Shown one piece after another: positions 8,357 through 18,340 of a stretch of 64,000 bases of DNA; position 1 is the first letter of the stretch; every line of letters starts with the position of its first letter. The position numbers and the translations under genes are program-made. Origin of the DNA: Candidatus Latescibacterota bacterium (lineage in GTDB: Bacteria; Latescibacterota; UBA2968; UBA8231); NCBI GenBank assembly GCA_965261395.1, contig OZ253462.1, positions 128,001-192,000 on the forward strand, read 5' to 3'. The notes beneath the pieces were generated by a model. That model did no database searches and had not been told where the DNA came from. It saw nothing but the letters and a program-made list of their open reading frames with translations.

Positions 8357-11300
8357 TTACTTCAGCAACAGCATCTTCTTGATTTCGAGGAACTCTTCGC
8401 CCGCCTGCAAGCGGTAGAAGTACATCCCCGACGCCAAGCTGTGTCCGTTGTTGTTGGTCGCGTCCCACTCCACCACATAGCGACCGGCGCTCTGATGATC
8501 GGCAACCAGCATCCGCACCGGCTGACCTACTACATTATATACGGTCAGCTGCACGTCCGCCGCCTGCGGCAACGCATACTTGATCGTCGTCGCTGGGTTG
8601 AACGGGTTCGGATAGTTGTTCGCCAGCGCGAACGCTTCCGGCCGCGTCTGCAACTGCACCGGAGCCGGCAGGGCCAGACGATTGAAGCCAAACTCGCTGT
8701 CGTACGTCTGGTTGTCGGTGATCTCGACGACCGTGTTCTCGATCTCCGTGATAGCGCGGAAGACCAAGCTCAGCGGCACCTCGCCTACGGAGACCACGTC
8801 CCCGTAGGCGGCCACCGTCAAGACACCCGCTTGGTCAGCCAGCACCTGCGGCGTGGCCAACTCGCTGCCACTCAGCGGCTGATCGGTCAGCACCTCGACG
8901 AACTCCAGCTTGTCGGTTTCGTACTGCACCTGCAAGCCGTAGCCCTTGATCGCGGCAAAGTCTGCCACCCGCACGTCGAGGACAAAGTCCTCACCCACGA
9001 TGGGCATGACCGTCCGCGCGTCCAGATACATCCGCGCATCGGCATTCAAGCCCGCCAGCATCGGCACGCGCTTGCCAGCAGCAGCCGTGCTGCGACCGAA
9101 GTTGTCGGCAAAGACGAAGAAGTCGTCAAAGTCGATCGTCGCATTGGGTGCCAAGTCAAACGCCGGATCAAATCCAGCGTCTTCCGCGGTCAGCCCAAAG
9201 CTGTCGGCGAAGATGAAGAAGTCGTCGAAACCAATGCGGTTGTCAACACCGAACAGACCGAAGAGTGCGCGGCCTTCGCTATCCAGCACGCTGTTGCGAA
9301 CGGCCATCGCCGTCTGCTCGATGTCGGAACCGGTCTCGTTGTCCAAGTCGTAGGGCCGCACCTGATAGGTGTAGCGCACGCCGTTGAGCGCCGTCTCATC
9401 GACGAAGGACGTAATACCAGCGTCCACCTGTGCGACCGAGACGAACTCGTCTTCGCCCGCAGCGCGGCGATAGATGCCGTAGCCATGGACACCGACGACC
9501 TGCTCAAGCGCGGTCGGGCCAAAGGCCTCGGCAATGACGCCCTGCAAAAGCTGGTCAGACGGCGAAAGCGCCCAGGTCAGGAGGATCCGGCTACCCGCGT
9601 CGTTCGGCGCATCCAAGACGCTGAGCGACGGCACGGCCAACGGCGCGATATCGTCCGTAGCGCGAACCGGCTCTTCCGTCAAGGTAATCGCCGAGGACAG
9701 CACGCCTGCGACCAAGTTCAGCTTCGGAGCCACGCCCTGAGCGTATGCGAAGGCTTCCGGCAGCAGCGAAGCGAACACCGGTGCATCACCGGCTTGCGCC
9801 GCATCTCTGCTAGCCGTCATGGTCTCGGCCATCAGCTCGTAGGGGTTCTCAGCGTTGACGAACACGGCCTTAGCAGCACTGTGCGTGGTCTGACCACCGA
9901 GCTCGGCGGCAATGCCCCAGTTGGTGGCAACATTGTCGAGCGTGGCGACGACAGCGCGGCCAATCTGCACGCCAGGAACGGCGTCCACCATGGCCCAAGG
10001 AACCATCTCATTGCCCAGCACGGGTAGCTCGCGGAAGATGCGATAGCCGTCGATACCGTCGTGGTGCTCCGACAGGTCCCAAGTCAGCAGGACAAAGCCA
10101 CCTTGGTCCCCAGCGCCGTCAGCACCCTTGTAGTCTTCGGCCACCAACGCGTCGGGCGCATCCAGCGGAGGCTCGACGACCGCCACCAGGATCGGCAGCG
10201 AACGCGAAGCACCACTGCCGTCCGTAACCGTATAGGTAACGGCGACCGTCTCGCTCAACGTCGTGGGCGAGCCCGAAACCGTCCGCGTGTCCGGATCAAA
10301 CGACAGACCCGCGGGCAGCCCGGTCAGGCTGTAGGAGTAGGGCGGGGTTCCACCCTCGACCGCCGGTAGCGTCAGGCTGTACGGCTGGCCAACGACGATC
10401 TGGAGTACGCCATCCACATTTTCCTGCGCTGGATTGGCTTTGCCAGCGCCACTAGTGAACAGGCCGAGGAAGTCGCCAAAGGTCAACGGCGGGTTGACCG
10501 TGATGGTGAAGGTCAACGAGACGCTTTCGTCGCCGGCAGTCGCCGTGTAGGTGACCTCGGCGGCACCTTCAACATCGGTGGAGCCCGACAGCGTCCGCGC
10601 TTCCGCGTCAAACAACAGGCCAGCAGGCAACTCGGAGACGGTGTAGGCGATGTCGCCTTCACCGCCCGCAGCTACCGGCAGCACCACAGCACTCATCGGC
10701 GAACCTTTAGTGACTCCGACGTCGTCGATCATCATACCCTCGGCGAAGGCCAAATGATCCATCATCATGTCGTCGTCCATCGCCGCAATGTCGGTGATGA
10801 TGAGCGTTCCGGTGCCGTTTTCCAAACCTTCGATCACACCATTCAGCGTAATCGACTCGCTGTTCTCATCCGCGTCGTCGGCGAGGGGTGAAATGAGACC
10901 GTTTATCGAACCCGAGATCGCACCAGCCACAATCGTGAGCGTCGGATGGAACAGCATCCGGTAGTCCGAATCGCGCATGGCTTCCGAAGCAGGATCAACG
11001 GTGACGGTGACGGTCGCGTCGTCGTCCAGCACCTTGCCGTCCAAAGTCGCGGTGATCGTCAGTTCGGTAGCAGCGTCGCCCTCGGCCACCGTGTGCGGGC
11101 TAACCGACAGCGAGATGGAGGTGCTAGCGGTTTCGTCATCGGCGATCGTGGTATTCGTCGAGGCCGAACCACCGGAACCAGCGGCATGGACGCCGAACGA
11201 CCTGTTACCATCTGTTTCATCGTTGTTGATGGGCGTAAGGGTCAGCGTCGAGGAAGCTTGGGTCGCACCAGCCTCAATGGGAATGTTACCTAGCAGCGAT

Positions 11301-13600
11301 GCGGTGTAATCTACATCGCGGACGGCCGGCATAGCGCCGTCTGTGGCATTACCAATCGTGAAGCTGATCGTCCCGGCAACCGGAGCGGCTTCCGCCAAGG
11401 TAGCTGTAATCGAGATCACAGTCGTCTCCCCGTTTTCGCGGATCGACGTCTGAGTCGCGCTCACACTAGCGACCATAGTCGTGGGTGCCGGTGCCGCATC
11501 AACCTCAATCTTGATAGGCAATGCCACGGCGGCACCATCGGTATCAAGCACCGTGTAGGTGATAGTGGTTACCTCTGTGACCGCCGTCGGCGTACCCGAA
11601 ATCATCTGCGTAGCCGCGTCAAATAACAGGCCAGCAGGCAGGGCCGAGACGCTGTACAACTTATCGTCATCGGTACCACCCATAGCAGCAGGCAGTTCCA
11701 AAGGATCAATCGCCTTGCCAGCAACATAAGTCCAGACCGTGGCCCCCAGATCAACATCAGATTCAAAGGCCAGTGCGCCCGGATCGGCAGGCTCTGTCCC
11801 AGCCGGAGCATCTTTCAGCGTTATCGCTACCGCTTTAGCGTTGACTGCCACCCCATCTTCATTCTTCGTGGGGCTTGCCAACTGCGTCACGAAGAGCTTC
11901 GCATCCCCACCTTTCAAAGCGGTGATGGAGATCGACGTCGAACCACTTATCTTACCAGCCGAAATTGTCAGAGAACGAAGGACTGCGTCAAAGTCTATAT
12001 CGCGCTGCGCGTTTGCTGTACCAGCCACGTTTGCTGCAGTAGCATCAAATACAGTCGTTTTGGCAGCAAGGACCAAGACCACGGTCACATCCTCCTCAAA
12101 CCTCTTGCCGTTTATGGTTCCAGTGACCATGATCTCCTCACTCGTGCCCGCCGTTACCTCATCTGTATCCACTTCCAGCATTATCATATCGGTCGGCGTC
12201 TCGTCGTCGGAGATCGTTATTGTTCCTTTCGTAGAGGGTGCTCCGGTGACGGTAGCCACCACTACGAAGCTTTTATTTACATTCGGCCCATCGTTGTCGA
12301 GGACGGTAAGCGTGAGGGTCGCCGTCCCCTCTTTCGAGCCTGCGGGAATTGTGAGAGCACTGAACCCCGCTCTGTAATCCACATCGCGCTTGGCCGCTTC
12401 GTCCTCCATTGGGTCCTCGATCGTAAACGACACCTGCGCGGACTCCGACAACTCGTTTTTCAACGTAACGACCAAGTCAATCACCACCTCACCAGCGTCC
12501 TCGCGTACTGAGGGAAGAGACGGCTTCACCCCGTCAGGAGCTGCCTTTTTGGTGGCATCTATGAGGATGGGATCCCCAGAGGTAACCGTAAGTGCAATTC
12601 GACGGTTACGTGTCGCGCCTATTTTTACACCGTTAACCGCCGTGTCAAGATAGTCACCATCTCGGTTATAGTCGACCAGACCAGGTACACCAGCTATTAC
12701 TGGTGCGGTTTCATTCAGGGCATCCCGGATGGTTAAGTCCTCATTTGCAGCCCCATCCGTGGCCATGATTACGTATGCAACGATCCCGTACACCTGGACA
12801 CCCGTCGCAGCCTCACCCTCAGCCATGTTCATGTCCGTCGTCGTCAGCGCTATACCACCAGCCTTTTTGTTCAAGGGCGTGATCTCAATCTTCGCCGTTC
12901 CCGACGGGTCGCCTTTTCGGATTACTATTGGGACCCCGTCCCCTTTCCAATCCCGATCGCGTACCGCTCTATCCTCATCCGGGGGGTTTGCAGGATCAAA
13001 GAGCAAGGCAAACCTCAAGTTCTCTTTCAGCGTCGCTCCATCCAAGGTCGCTGTCACGGTGACAGCAGTCCGATCACCATCTTGGTTTATCATGGCCCCA
13101 CCATACGTGAGCTCAATACCCTCGCTTACCCCATCGTCATCGACCAGCGTAATCATCGCGTCGGTGTTAGTGATGGTGTAACCGTTGACGCCGGCGGTAA
13201 GTGTGTCAGGAAGAGTGGATTCAATCGTGATCACCAGATCATCACCGTCGTCGTCCATATTCTGGATGGGAGTTAGGGTGATCGTCAGCTTCGCCTCCTC
13301 CGTATCCTTCGGGATTATGATAGTGGGCAAATCCATATAGAAGCGACTATTGAGCGCACCGAGCGCATCATCATCAAGAGTCAAGCCCACATACGTAGGA
13401 TTATCCGGATCCTTAGTAGCGCGTTTGGCTGTAACGACTATCTCGGTGGCACCGCCATCTTCGCGCACCTTCATCTTGTCCACCGATAAGGTGATCCGTG
13501 TCTGTGCCTGCGCTTCCCCGGCCCAACCCAGCACCAAACCAAACGCCAGCAACCAAGGCACGTAGGCCAAGCGCCGGATTAACAACTTCGTGTGTATCAT
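8357..13600 (-). CDS. Large secreted/surface protein (1747 aa): Calx-beta-like and He_PIG-like Ig repeats, FnIII-like, dockerin-like pair, cohesin-like, FlgD-Ig-type C-terminus
   Basis: Signal peptide ending AQA; repeated A.RD.DY and TI.DDE motifs; three LPAGL.FD...SG repeats; GFDDFFIFADSFG / IDFDDFFVFADNFG; NNYPNPFNPATT...KKMLLLK. Confidence 0.85.
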   Translation of the reverse strand: MIHTKLLIRRLAYVPWLLAFGLVLGWAGEAQAQTRITLSVDKMKVREDGGATEIVVTAKRATKDPDNPTYVGLTLDDDALGALNSRFYMDLPTIIIPKDTEEAKLTITLTPIQNMDDDGDDLVITIESTLPDTLTAGVNGYTITNTDAMITLVDDDGVSEGIELTYGGAMINQDGDRTAVTVTATLDGATLKENLRFALLFDPANPPDEDRAVRDRDWKGDGVPIVIRKGDPSGTAKIEITPLNKKAGGIALTTTDMNMAEGEAATGVQVYGIVAYVIMATDGAANEDLTIRDALNETAPVIAGVPGLVDYNRDGDYLDTAVNGVKIGATRNRRIALTVTSGDPILIDATKKAAPDGVKPSLPSVREDAGEVVIDLVVTLKNELSESAQVSFTIEDPMEDEAAKRDVDYRAGFSALTIPAGSKEGTATLTLTVLDNDGPNVNKSFVVVATVTGAPSTKGTITISDDETPTDMIMLEVDTDEVTAGTSEEIMVTGTINGKRFEEDVTVVLVLAAKTTVFDATAANVAGTANAQRDIDFDAVLRSLTISAGKISGSTSISITALKGGDAKLFVTQLASPTKNEDGVAVNAKAVAITLKDAPAGTEPADPGALAFESDVDLGATVWTYVAGKAIDPLELPAAMGGTDDDKLYSVSALPAGLLFDAATQMISGTPTAVTEVTTITYTVLDTDGAAVALPIKIEVDAAPAPTTMVASVSATQTSIRENGETTVISITATLAEAAPVAGTISFTIGNATDGAMPAVRDVDYTASLLGNIPIEAGATQASSTLTLTPINNDETDGNRSFGVHAAGSGGSASTNTTIADDETASTSISLSVSPHTVAEGDAATELTITATLDGKVLDDDATVTVTVDPASEAMRDSDYRMLFHPTLTIVAGAISGSINGLISPLADDADENSESITLNGVIEGLENGTGTLIITDIAAMDDDMMMDHLAFAEGMMIDDVGVTKGSPMSAVVLPVAAGGEGDIAYTVSELPAGLLFDAEARTLSGSTDVEGAAEVTYTATAGDESVSLTFTITVNPPLTFGDFLGLFTSGAGKANPAQENVDGVLQIVVGQPYSLTLPAVEGGTPPYSYSLTGLPAGLSFDPDTRTVSGSPTTLSETVAVTYTVTDGSGASRSLPILVAVVEPPLDAPDALVAEDYKGADGAGDQGGFVLLTWDLSEHHDGIDGYRIFRELPVLGNEMVPWAMVDAVPGVQIGRAVVATLDNVATNWGIAAELGGQTTHSAAKAVFVNAENPYELMAETMTASRDAAQAGDAPVFASLLPEAFAYAQGVAPKLNLVAGVLSSAITLTEEPVRATDDIAPLAVPSLSVLDAPNDAGSRILLTWALSPSDQLLQGVIAEAFGPTALEQVVGVHGYGIYRRAAGEDEFVSVAQVDAGITSFVDETALNGVRYTYQVRPYDLDNETGSDIEQTAMAVRNSVLDSEGRALFGLFGVDNRIGFDDFFIFADSFGLTAEDAGFDPAFDLAPNATIDFDDFFVFADNFGRSTAAAGKRVPMLAGLNADARMYLDARTVMPIVGEDFVLDVRVADFAAIKGYGLQVQYETDKLEFVEVLTDQPLSGSELATPQVLADQAGVLTVAAYGDVVSVGEVPLSLVFRAITEIENTVVEITDNQTYDSEFGFNRLALPAPVQLQTRPEAFALANNYPNPFNPATTIKYALPQAADVQLTVYNVVGQPVRMLVADHQSAGRYVVEWDATNNNGHSLASGMYFYRLQAGEEFLEIKKMLLLK

Positions 13601-13767
13601 TACTCAACCTCCCCAGGGAAAACGTCCCTGATTAAGAAAGTGATATAAGAAGAAGATGGATTTGCTCTAAACCCACTTAGATGTTGCATTCGTGCATTTT
13701 TCATAAGCCCCCTTTCGCGGCTTTTCCGTTCACAATGCATAGCGCATTATCCTATATAATAGAGTTA

Positions 13768-13796
13768 ATTATACCGAGAAAAAATAGAAGTGTCAA
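13768..13796 (-). promoter_or_regulatory. Perfect sigma70-type promoter for the 1747-aa gene
   Basis: Minus strand TTGACA-17 nt-TATAAT. Confidence 0.85.
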
Positions 13797-13942
13797 GAAT
13801 TAATTACCCTTAAAAACCTTGGCCAAAACGCCTTATCCCCCCTGTGCCATCCCCTATTTTCCACGGCGCGGCCAACGCCAAACCACCCAGCCCGCCAAAA
13901 TCGGGCGCTAGTTCGCTCCTTTTTTCGCGTGACAAAGTCTTT

Positions 13943-13970
13943 AGTATAGGCCGATAACCCCGCCTGTCAA
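13943..13970 (-). promoter_or_regulatory. Second, upstream sigma70-type promoter
   Basis: Minus strand TTGACA-16 nt-TATACT. Confidence 0.55.
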
Positions 13971-14000
13971 GGCCATTATCGATGAAAGGTTTCCCGCCCA

Positions 14001-14507
14001 TCACTCCTCCGGCTCGTACGATTCAGCCGACTCGGCCACGCGGTCGCCCGCATCCGCGCGCTCCACTCGATAAGAAAGCCCTGCCCGAATCGTCTCCAGC
14101 ATCCCATTCATCCGCGCCTGTTCCTGCTCCAACCGCCCCAACCGCTCGGAAAGCCCATCCATCTTATGGTCCTGACGCACCGCCAGCCCATCTATCCTCT
14201 CGTCCTGACGCACCGCCAGCCCATCTATCCTCTCGTCCTGACGCACCGCCAGCCCATCTATCCTCTCGTCCATCCGCACCAACAGCCCATCTATCCTCTC
14301 GTCCATCCGCACCAACAGCGCATCCATCTTATCGTCCATCCGCGCCGAGAGCCCATCTATCCTCTTGTCCAACCGGTCTGAAAGCGCCCGCATATCGGCG
14401 CGAATACCCCGCGTCGTAGCCAGTATTAACCCCGCCAACGCGATGCTGACGCTCGCCAAAGCGATACCAACGCCTATAACAGTCCAATTTATCGCACCAC
14501 TATCCAT
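14001..14507 (-). CDS. Small membrane-anchored coiled-coil protein with 11-aa tandem repeats
   Basis: From ATG 14507: N-terminal TM, then DERIDGLAVRQ-type repeats; the ORF-track extension overlaps the YfhO-like gene. Confidence 0.75.
   Translation of the reverse strand: MDSGAINWTVIGVGIALASVSIALAGLILATTRGIRADMRALSDRLDKRIDGLSARMDDKMDALLVRMDERIDGLLVRMDERIDGLAVRQDERIDGLAVRQDERIDGLAVRQDHKMDGLSERLGRLEQEQARMNGMLETIRAGLSYRVERADAGDRVAESAESYEPEE
14152..14385. repeat. 33-bp in-frame tandem repeat, about 7 degenerate units
   Basis: Unit AGCCCATCTATCCTCTCGTCCTGACGCACCGCC and variants, no spacers. Confidence 0.9.
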
Positions 14508-14563
14508 AGCAGACGCCCCTTCAAGGCCATCGTCGGCTAATATCACGCACCCCCATCCCTTTG

Positions 14564-17005
14564 TCAACCATCCCGCCGCCGCTGCCGCCACGCCCCCACC
14601 CCCACGCCCACCACCACCACCAACCCCAGCAAAGCCGCCACCCGCGCCCCAACCAACACCGGCGAAAAATAGCGCAACTCCACCTCGTGCTCCCCCCCCG
14701 GCAACGCCACCCCCTTCCATATATAGTTCACCCGCAGCAGCTCGGCCTCCTCCCCATCCACCCACACCGACCAATTCGATTGGTAATTCTCCGACACCAC
14801 CAGCACGCGCGGCCCCCCGCTGTGCGTCCGCAGGCGAATCAACCCGTCCTTTGGATCGTACGCCAGCCGCTCCACCCGGTCGCCGGCCCGCTCCCCCGCG
14901 CCATCGAGCCGCACCGCCGGCGCACTCTCCAACAACGCCAGCCGCTGCGGATCCACCCGCCCACTCAACAGCCGCGCCAACACCGCCTCGCCACTATCCA
15001 ACACCTCGGCTTGCGGTACCAAGTAAAACCACGGCAACGCCTGCGGATTTTCGTACAGCCGAAAGCGCGCCCCCTCAAAGCGCCGCGGATACGCCGCCAA
15101 ATTCAATTCTAGCGGTTTAGGCACCGCCAAATACTTCCCATTGAGCAAATTCAACAACGACTGAAACCCAGCCGACGGCGCACCCGTGCGCAGAAACTGC
15201 TGCACCAGCGGCTCAAACTCCTTCAGCATCCGGTCGTAGCGCCCCACCGTCAAATCGTGAAAGCCCGTGATGGACCAAACGCCGTGCAAGTGATAGCCCG
15301 GCTCCTCCAGCACCCGAAAACTCGGCAAAGGCAAGACGCGAAACAGCGACTCATCGCTTTGCAAAAACTGCACCGCGCGCAGATTCTCGCGGCGAATATC
15401 CGTGTACCGGCCTGGATCCCGATAGCTCAAATAAACCCGATCAACGCGCCACGTATCGAACAGCGTCACCACACACAAGCCCGCCACCAACACCGTCGCC
15501 GAAAGCTGGCCCCCCAGCCGCAAATAGAGCAACGCCAACCCCGCACCCAAAGCCACCACCACACACCAACCGCCGCGCGCAATCCAATCGTAGCTCCCAG
15601 CCAACACCGCCCGCTTCTGCGGCGCAATATCTTCGTACAACAAATTCACCCACGCATCGGTCGCCCCCTTGGGAAACAGCGCGACCAGCAGGGCGAACGC
15701 GGCGAGAATACCGCCGACATAGGCCAAGCGACTCCGCAACAACGCCCGCTCATCCGCGTCCGCATCCAACACCCGCTGCAACCCCAACCCGGCCAGCGCA
15801 CACCCGGCAAACGCAAACACAAACGACCCCATGCCAATGGCCCGCTGCACATCCGCCCCAAGCAGCAAGTGAAACGCCAGCCAGTGCACGGGCGTGTGCT
15901 CGCCCAGCACGTAGGCCAACGCCAGCACAAACACGCCCCCCAGCAGCGCCACTTGCGGCCGCCGCCTACACTCCGGCACCATCAGCAAAGCCAACAGCAC
16001 GGCGAGCGCGCCAAAGTACTCGGAATTAATCTTAAACGCATTGCGTCCCCAATAGCGCGAGCCACCCTCTACCAGCACGTCGTCATACCCACCGAACTCC
16101 GGCACCACCAGCGACGCCACTTCCTCGGGATGCAGCGACCAGCTCTGCGCATACGCGAGCTGTTCCTCCGCGGTCTTGCCGCCCACCTCGTCGCCCGTGG
16201 CCCGCTTGGACTCGGCGCGGGTGTAGAGCATCACCGGAAAAGCCCCCTCGGCTCCCAAGGCCAACCCCAGCACCACCGCGCCGATAAAATGCACCACGCG
16301 CCGGATCACGGCTCGCTCGCGGCGCATCTGGTACAGCTTAAATAGGAAATAGACGCCCAGACCCAGCAGCGCGAAGTACGTCATCGGCGGATGGGAATAG
16401 ATGCACGCGCCAATCAGCGCGCCGAGAGCCGCCCAATAGATCAGCCGCCCCTGCGCCAGAGCCTTTTCCAACGCCCAGATAATCCACGGGAACAGGGCGA
16501 TGACGCCCATCTTGGCATAGTGGCCAGCCAAGGGGAACGCCAAAAAGGTCGGCGCGGACATGAACGCTACTCCGCCCCACAGCGCGGCGCGACCGCCCAC
16601 GTGGATTTGGCGCAAGTACGCGTACATACCGAGGCCAGCGGCGAACATCGTCAGGATATAGCGCCAGCCGATATACCGCTGAAAGGTCGTAAAAAAATAC
16701 AAGACGTAGGCCGGGAAGTATTGGGGACGAATGGCCTCGGACTGGGGGAAGCCGCCCATCTTGGGATCCCACATCGGCTGCGCCACCGTCTGCACCTTGT
16801 CCCAAAAGCTCAGGGCCGTGCCCTTGTGGTAGTCCGTGCCCACGTCCATGCCAAAGACGATCTTGTCCGACAGGGGAAATTCGTAGAAGTACAGCAGGCT
16901 CAGGGCGAGGAAAAAGACCGGCGGGAACAAGCGGTGATTCCACAGGGGCGACCCAGCGGCCTTTGCCGGGGCTTGGGTTTTGGCGCGTTTGTTCTTTTTG
17001 ACCAT
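14564..17005 (-). CDS. YfhO-like multi-pass membrane protein (GT-C-like)
   Basis: Many TMs, PMWDPKMGGFP loop, C-terminal LVVSENYQSNWSVWVDG...VALPGGEHEVELRY; start at MVKKNKR. Confidence 0.8.
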   Translation of the reverse strand: MVKKNKRAKTQAPAKAAGSPLWNHRLFPPVFFLALSLLYFYEFPLSDKIVFGMDVGTDYHKGTALSFWDKVQTVAQPMWDPKMGGFPQSEAIRPQYFPAYVLYFFTTFQRYIGWRYILTMFAAGLGMYAYLRQIHVGGRAALWGGVAFMSAPTFLAFPLAGHYAKMGVIALFPWIIWALEKALAQGRLIYWAALGALIGACIYSHPPMTYFALLGLGVYFLFKLYQMRRERAVIRRVVHFIGAVVLGLALGAEGAFPVMLYTRAESKRATGDEVGGKTAEEQLAYAQSWSLHPEEVASLVVPEFGGYDDVLVEGGSRYWGRNAFKINSEYFGALAVLLALLMVPECRRRPQVALLGGVFVLALAYVLGEHTPVHWLAFHLLLGADVQRAIGMGSFVFAFAGCALAGLGLQRVLDADADERALLRSRLAYVGGILAAFALLVALFPKGATDAWVNLLYEDIAPQKRAVLAGSYDWIARGGWCVVVALGAGLALLYLRLGGQLSATVLVAGLCVVTLFDTWRVDRVYLSYRDPGRYTDIRRENLRAVQFLQSDESLFRVLPLPSFRVLEEPGYHLHGVWSITGFHDLTVGRYDRMLKEFEPLVQQFLRTGAPSAGFQSLLNLLNGKYLAVPKPLELNLAAYPRRFEGARFRLYENPQALPWFYLVPQAEVLDSGEAVLARLLSGRVDPQRLALLESAPAVRLDGAGERAGDRVERLAYDPKDGLIRLRTHSGGPRVLVVSENYQSNWSVWVDGEEAELLRVNYIWKGVALPGGEHEVELRYFSPVLVGARVAALLGLVVVVGVGVGAWRQRRRDG

Positions 17006-17080
17006 GAACGATCTCCGTGGGGCAACCAGCAGTGGGTCCCTTAATACACGACCGTAATCCAATGGACGCATCGAGATACA

Positions 17081-17163
17081 AGATGCTTCGACTCCGCTTT
17101 GCTGCGCTCAGCATGACAGCATGGGACGTCAACACCTGTCATGCTGAGCGCAGCGAAGCATCT
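17081..17163. repeat. REP-like palindromic intergenic element
   Basis: 19-bp perfect inverted repeat GCTGCGCTCAGCATGACAG (17101-17119 / 17136-17154) with outer arms AGATGCTTCG / CGAAGCATCT. Confidence 0.7.
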
Positions 17164-17201
17164 CATACCACTCCACTGTCCTGTACTTAGGGTCCGTCCT
17201 A

Positions 17202-18323
17202 TTACCGTCCCCGTTTCATTTCCTCAACAGTCCGCAAATACACCTCCTCCAAATCCTCCGCCAACCGATCCCAACCAAACCGCCTCGCCCACGCACGGCC
17301 CGCCGCCCCCAAGGCCCGCCGCCTTGGGTCGTCAACAATCAGCGCTCGCATCCCAGCCGCCAAGGCATTCACATCGCCGGAGGGCACCAACACTCCGGTC
17401 TCGTCGTGGCGCACGGCATCGCGCAGGCCGTCGATGTTAGTCCCCAACACAGCCTTGCCAGCGGCGGCAGCTTCTACGGCCACCATGCACCAGCCCTCGT
17501 AGCGAGACGGGGAGCAGACCATGAGGGCGCGGCGCAAGAGTTCGCCTTTTTCCTCCTCTTCCACGCTCCCTATGATTTCCATCCGGCCTTCCAATCCCGC
17601 CCGCCGCGCCAAGCTCCGCACGCTAGCGAGTTGCTTAGGGGTGCCGCGTCCAGCCAGCTTGAGGCGGATATCCGGATGCTCGGGGGCCATCTGGGCAAAC
17701 GCGGCGATCAATAGGTCAATCCCCTTGGTGTGTATATCCATGCGACCAAAGTAGAGCAGATACGGGGCTTCCTCGGGGACCAGCGCGAAAAAACGGCGAT
17801 CAACGCCGCTATACACTATATCAACCTCCGCGTCACGCGCGCGCCGCTGAATGCGCGCTTGCACGCTAGGGGCAATCGTCAAAATCCGGCCATAGGCGCG
17901 CAGGGCGCGTTGCTCGCACAGCCACGCCACACCGCCCACCAGCGGATGCTTGACGAGGGCGTGCCGCCCCATGAAGTGATAAAACAGGAGCAAACCCTGC
18001 CGCCGCAGCGCGGCCGGGACGCGCAAGGGCGCGAAGGCCGAAAACTCATTGATCCACAAATCCCACTCCAGCCGCTGCAACTCGGCTACGGCCGCGCGGC
18101 AATAGCCCACACGGCTCAAGGCATAGCTGCGGGCCGAGCCAACGCGTAGCAGGCGCAGCCCGTGCCGTTCGGTCTCTGGCTCGGCTCCGGGGAAAAGGCC
18201 GCTAACCACGGTGATCTCATGGCGGCTGGACAGGCGGCGGTAGAGCTCCATCGCTCGCACTGCGCCGCCGCCGCCTAACCACGGGTTGGCAATATCATCG
18301 TACATCAGGTGGCAGATCTTCAT
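17202..18323 (-). CDS. Glycosyltransferase family 4
   Basis: GGG N-terminal loop, YFGRM..KGID, PSRYEGWCMVAVEAAAAG (EX7E). Confidence 0.92.
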   Translation of the reverse strand: MKICHLMYDDIANPWLGGGGAVRAMELYRRLSSRHEITVVSGLFPGAEPETERHGLRLLRVGSARSYALSRVGYCRAAVAELQRLEWDLWINEFSAFAPLRVPAALRRQGLLLFYHFMGRHALVKHPLVGGVAWLCEQRALRAYGRILTIAPSVQARIQRRARDAEVDIVYSGVDRRFFALVPEEAPYLLYFGRMDIHTKGIDLLIAAFAQMAPEHPDIRLKLAGRGTPKQLASVRSLARRAGLEGRMEIIGSVEEEEKGELLRRALMVCSPSRYEGWCMVAVEAAAAGKAVLGTNIDGLRDAVRHDETGVLVPSGDVNALAAGMRALIVDDPRRRALGAAGRAWARRFGWDRLAEDLEEVYLRTVEEMKRGR

Positions 18324-18340
18324 GGGCGAGTGCCCGCGTC

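Noticed and set aside
8318-10027. 569-aa plus-strand ORF
   Set aside because: Antisense shadow of the 1747-aa gene; Arg/His-rich with no motifs.
14152-14385. 33-bp repeats here and at 37010-37141 as CRISPR arrays
   Set aside because: Head-to-tail with no unique spacers, in frame within CDSs, no cas genes.
14365-15120. Pro-rich 251-aa plus-strand ORF
   Set aside because: Arises from the C-rich antisense strand of the YfhO-like gene.
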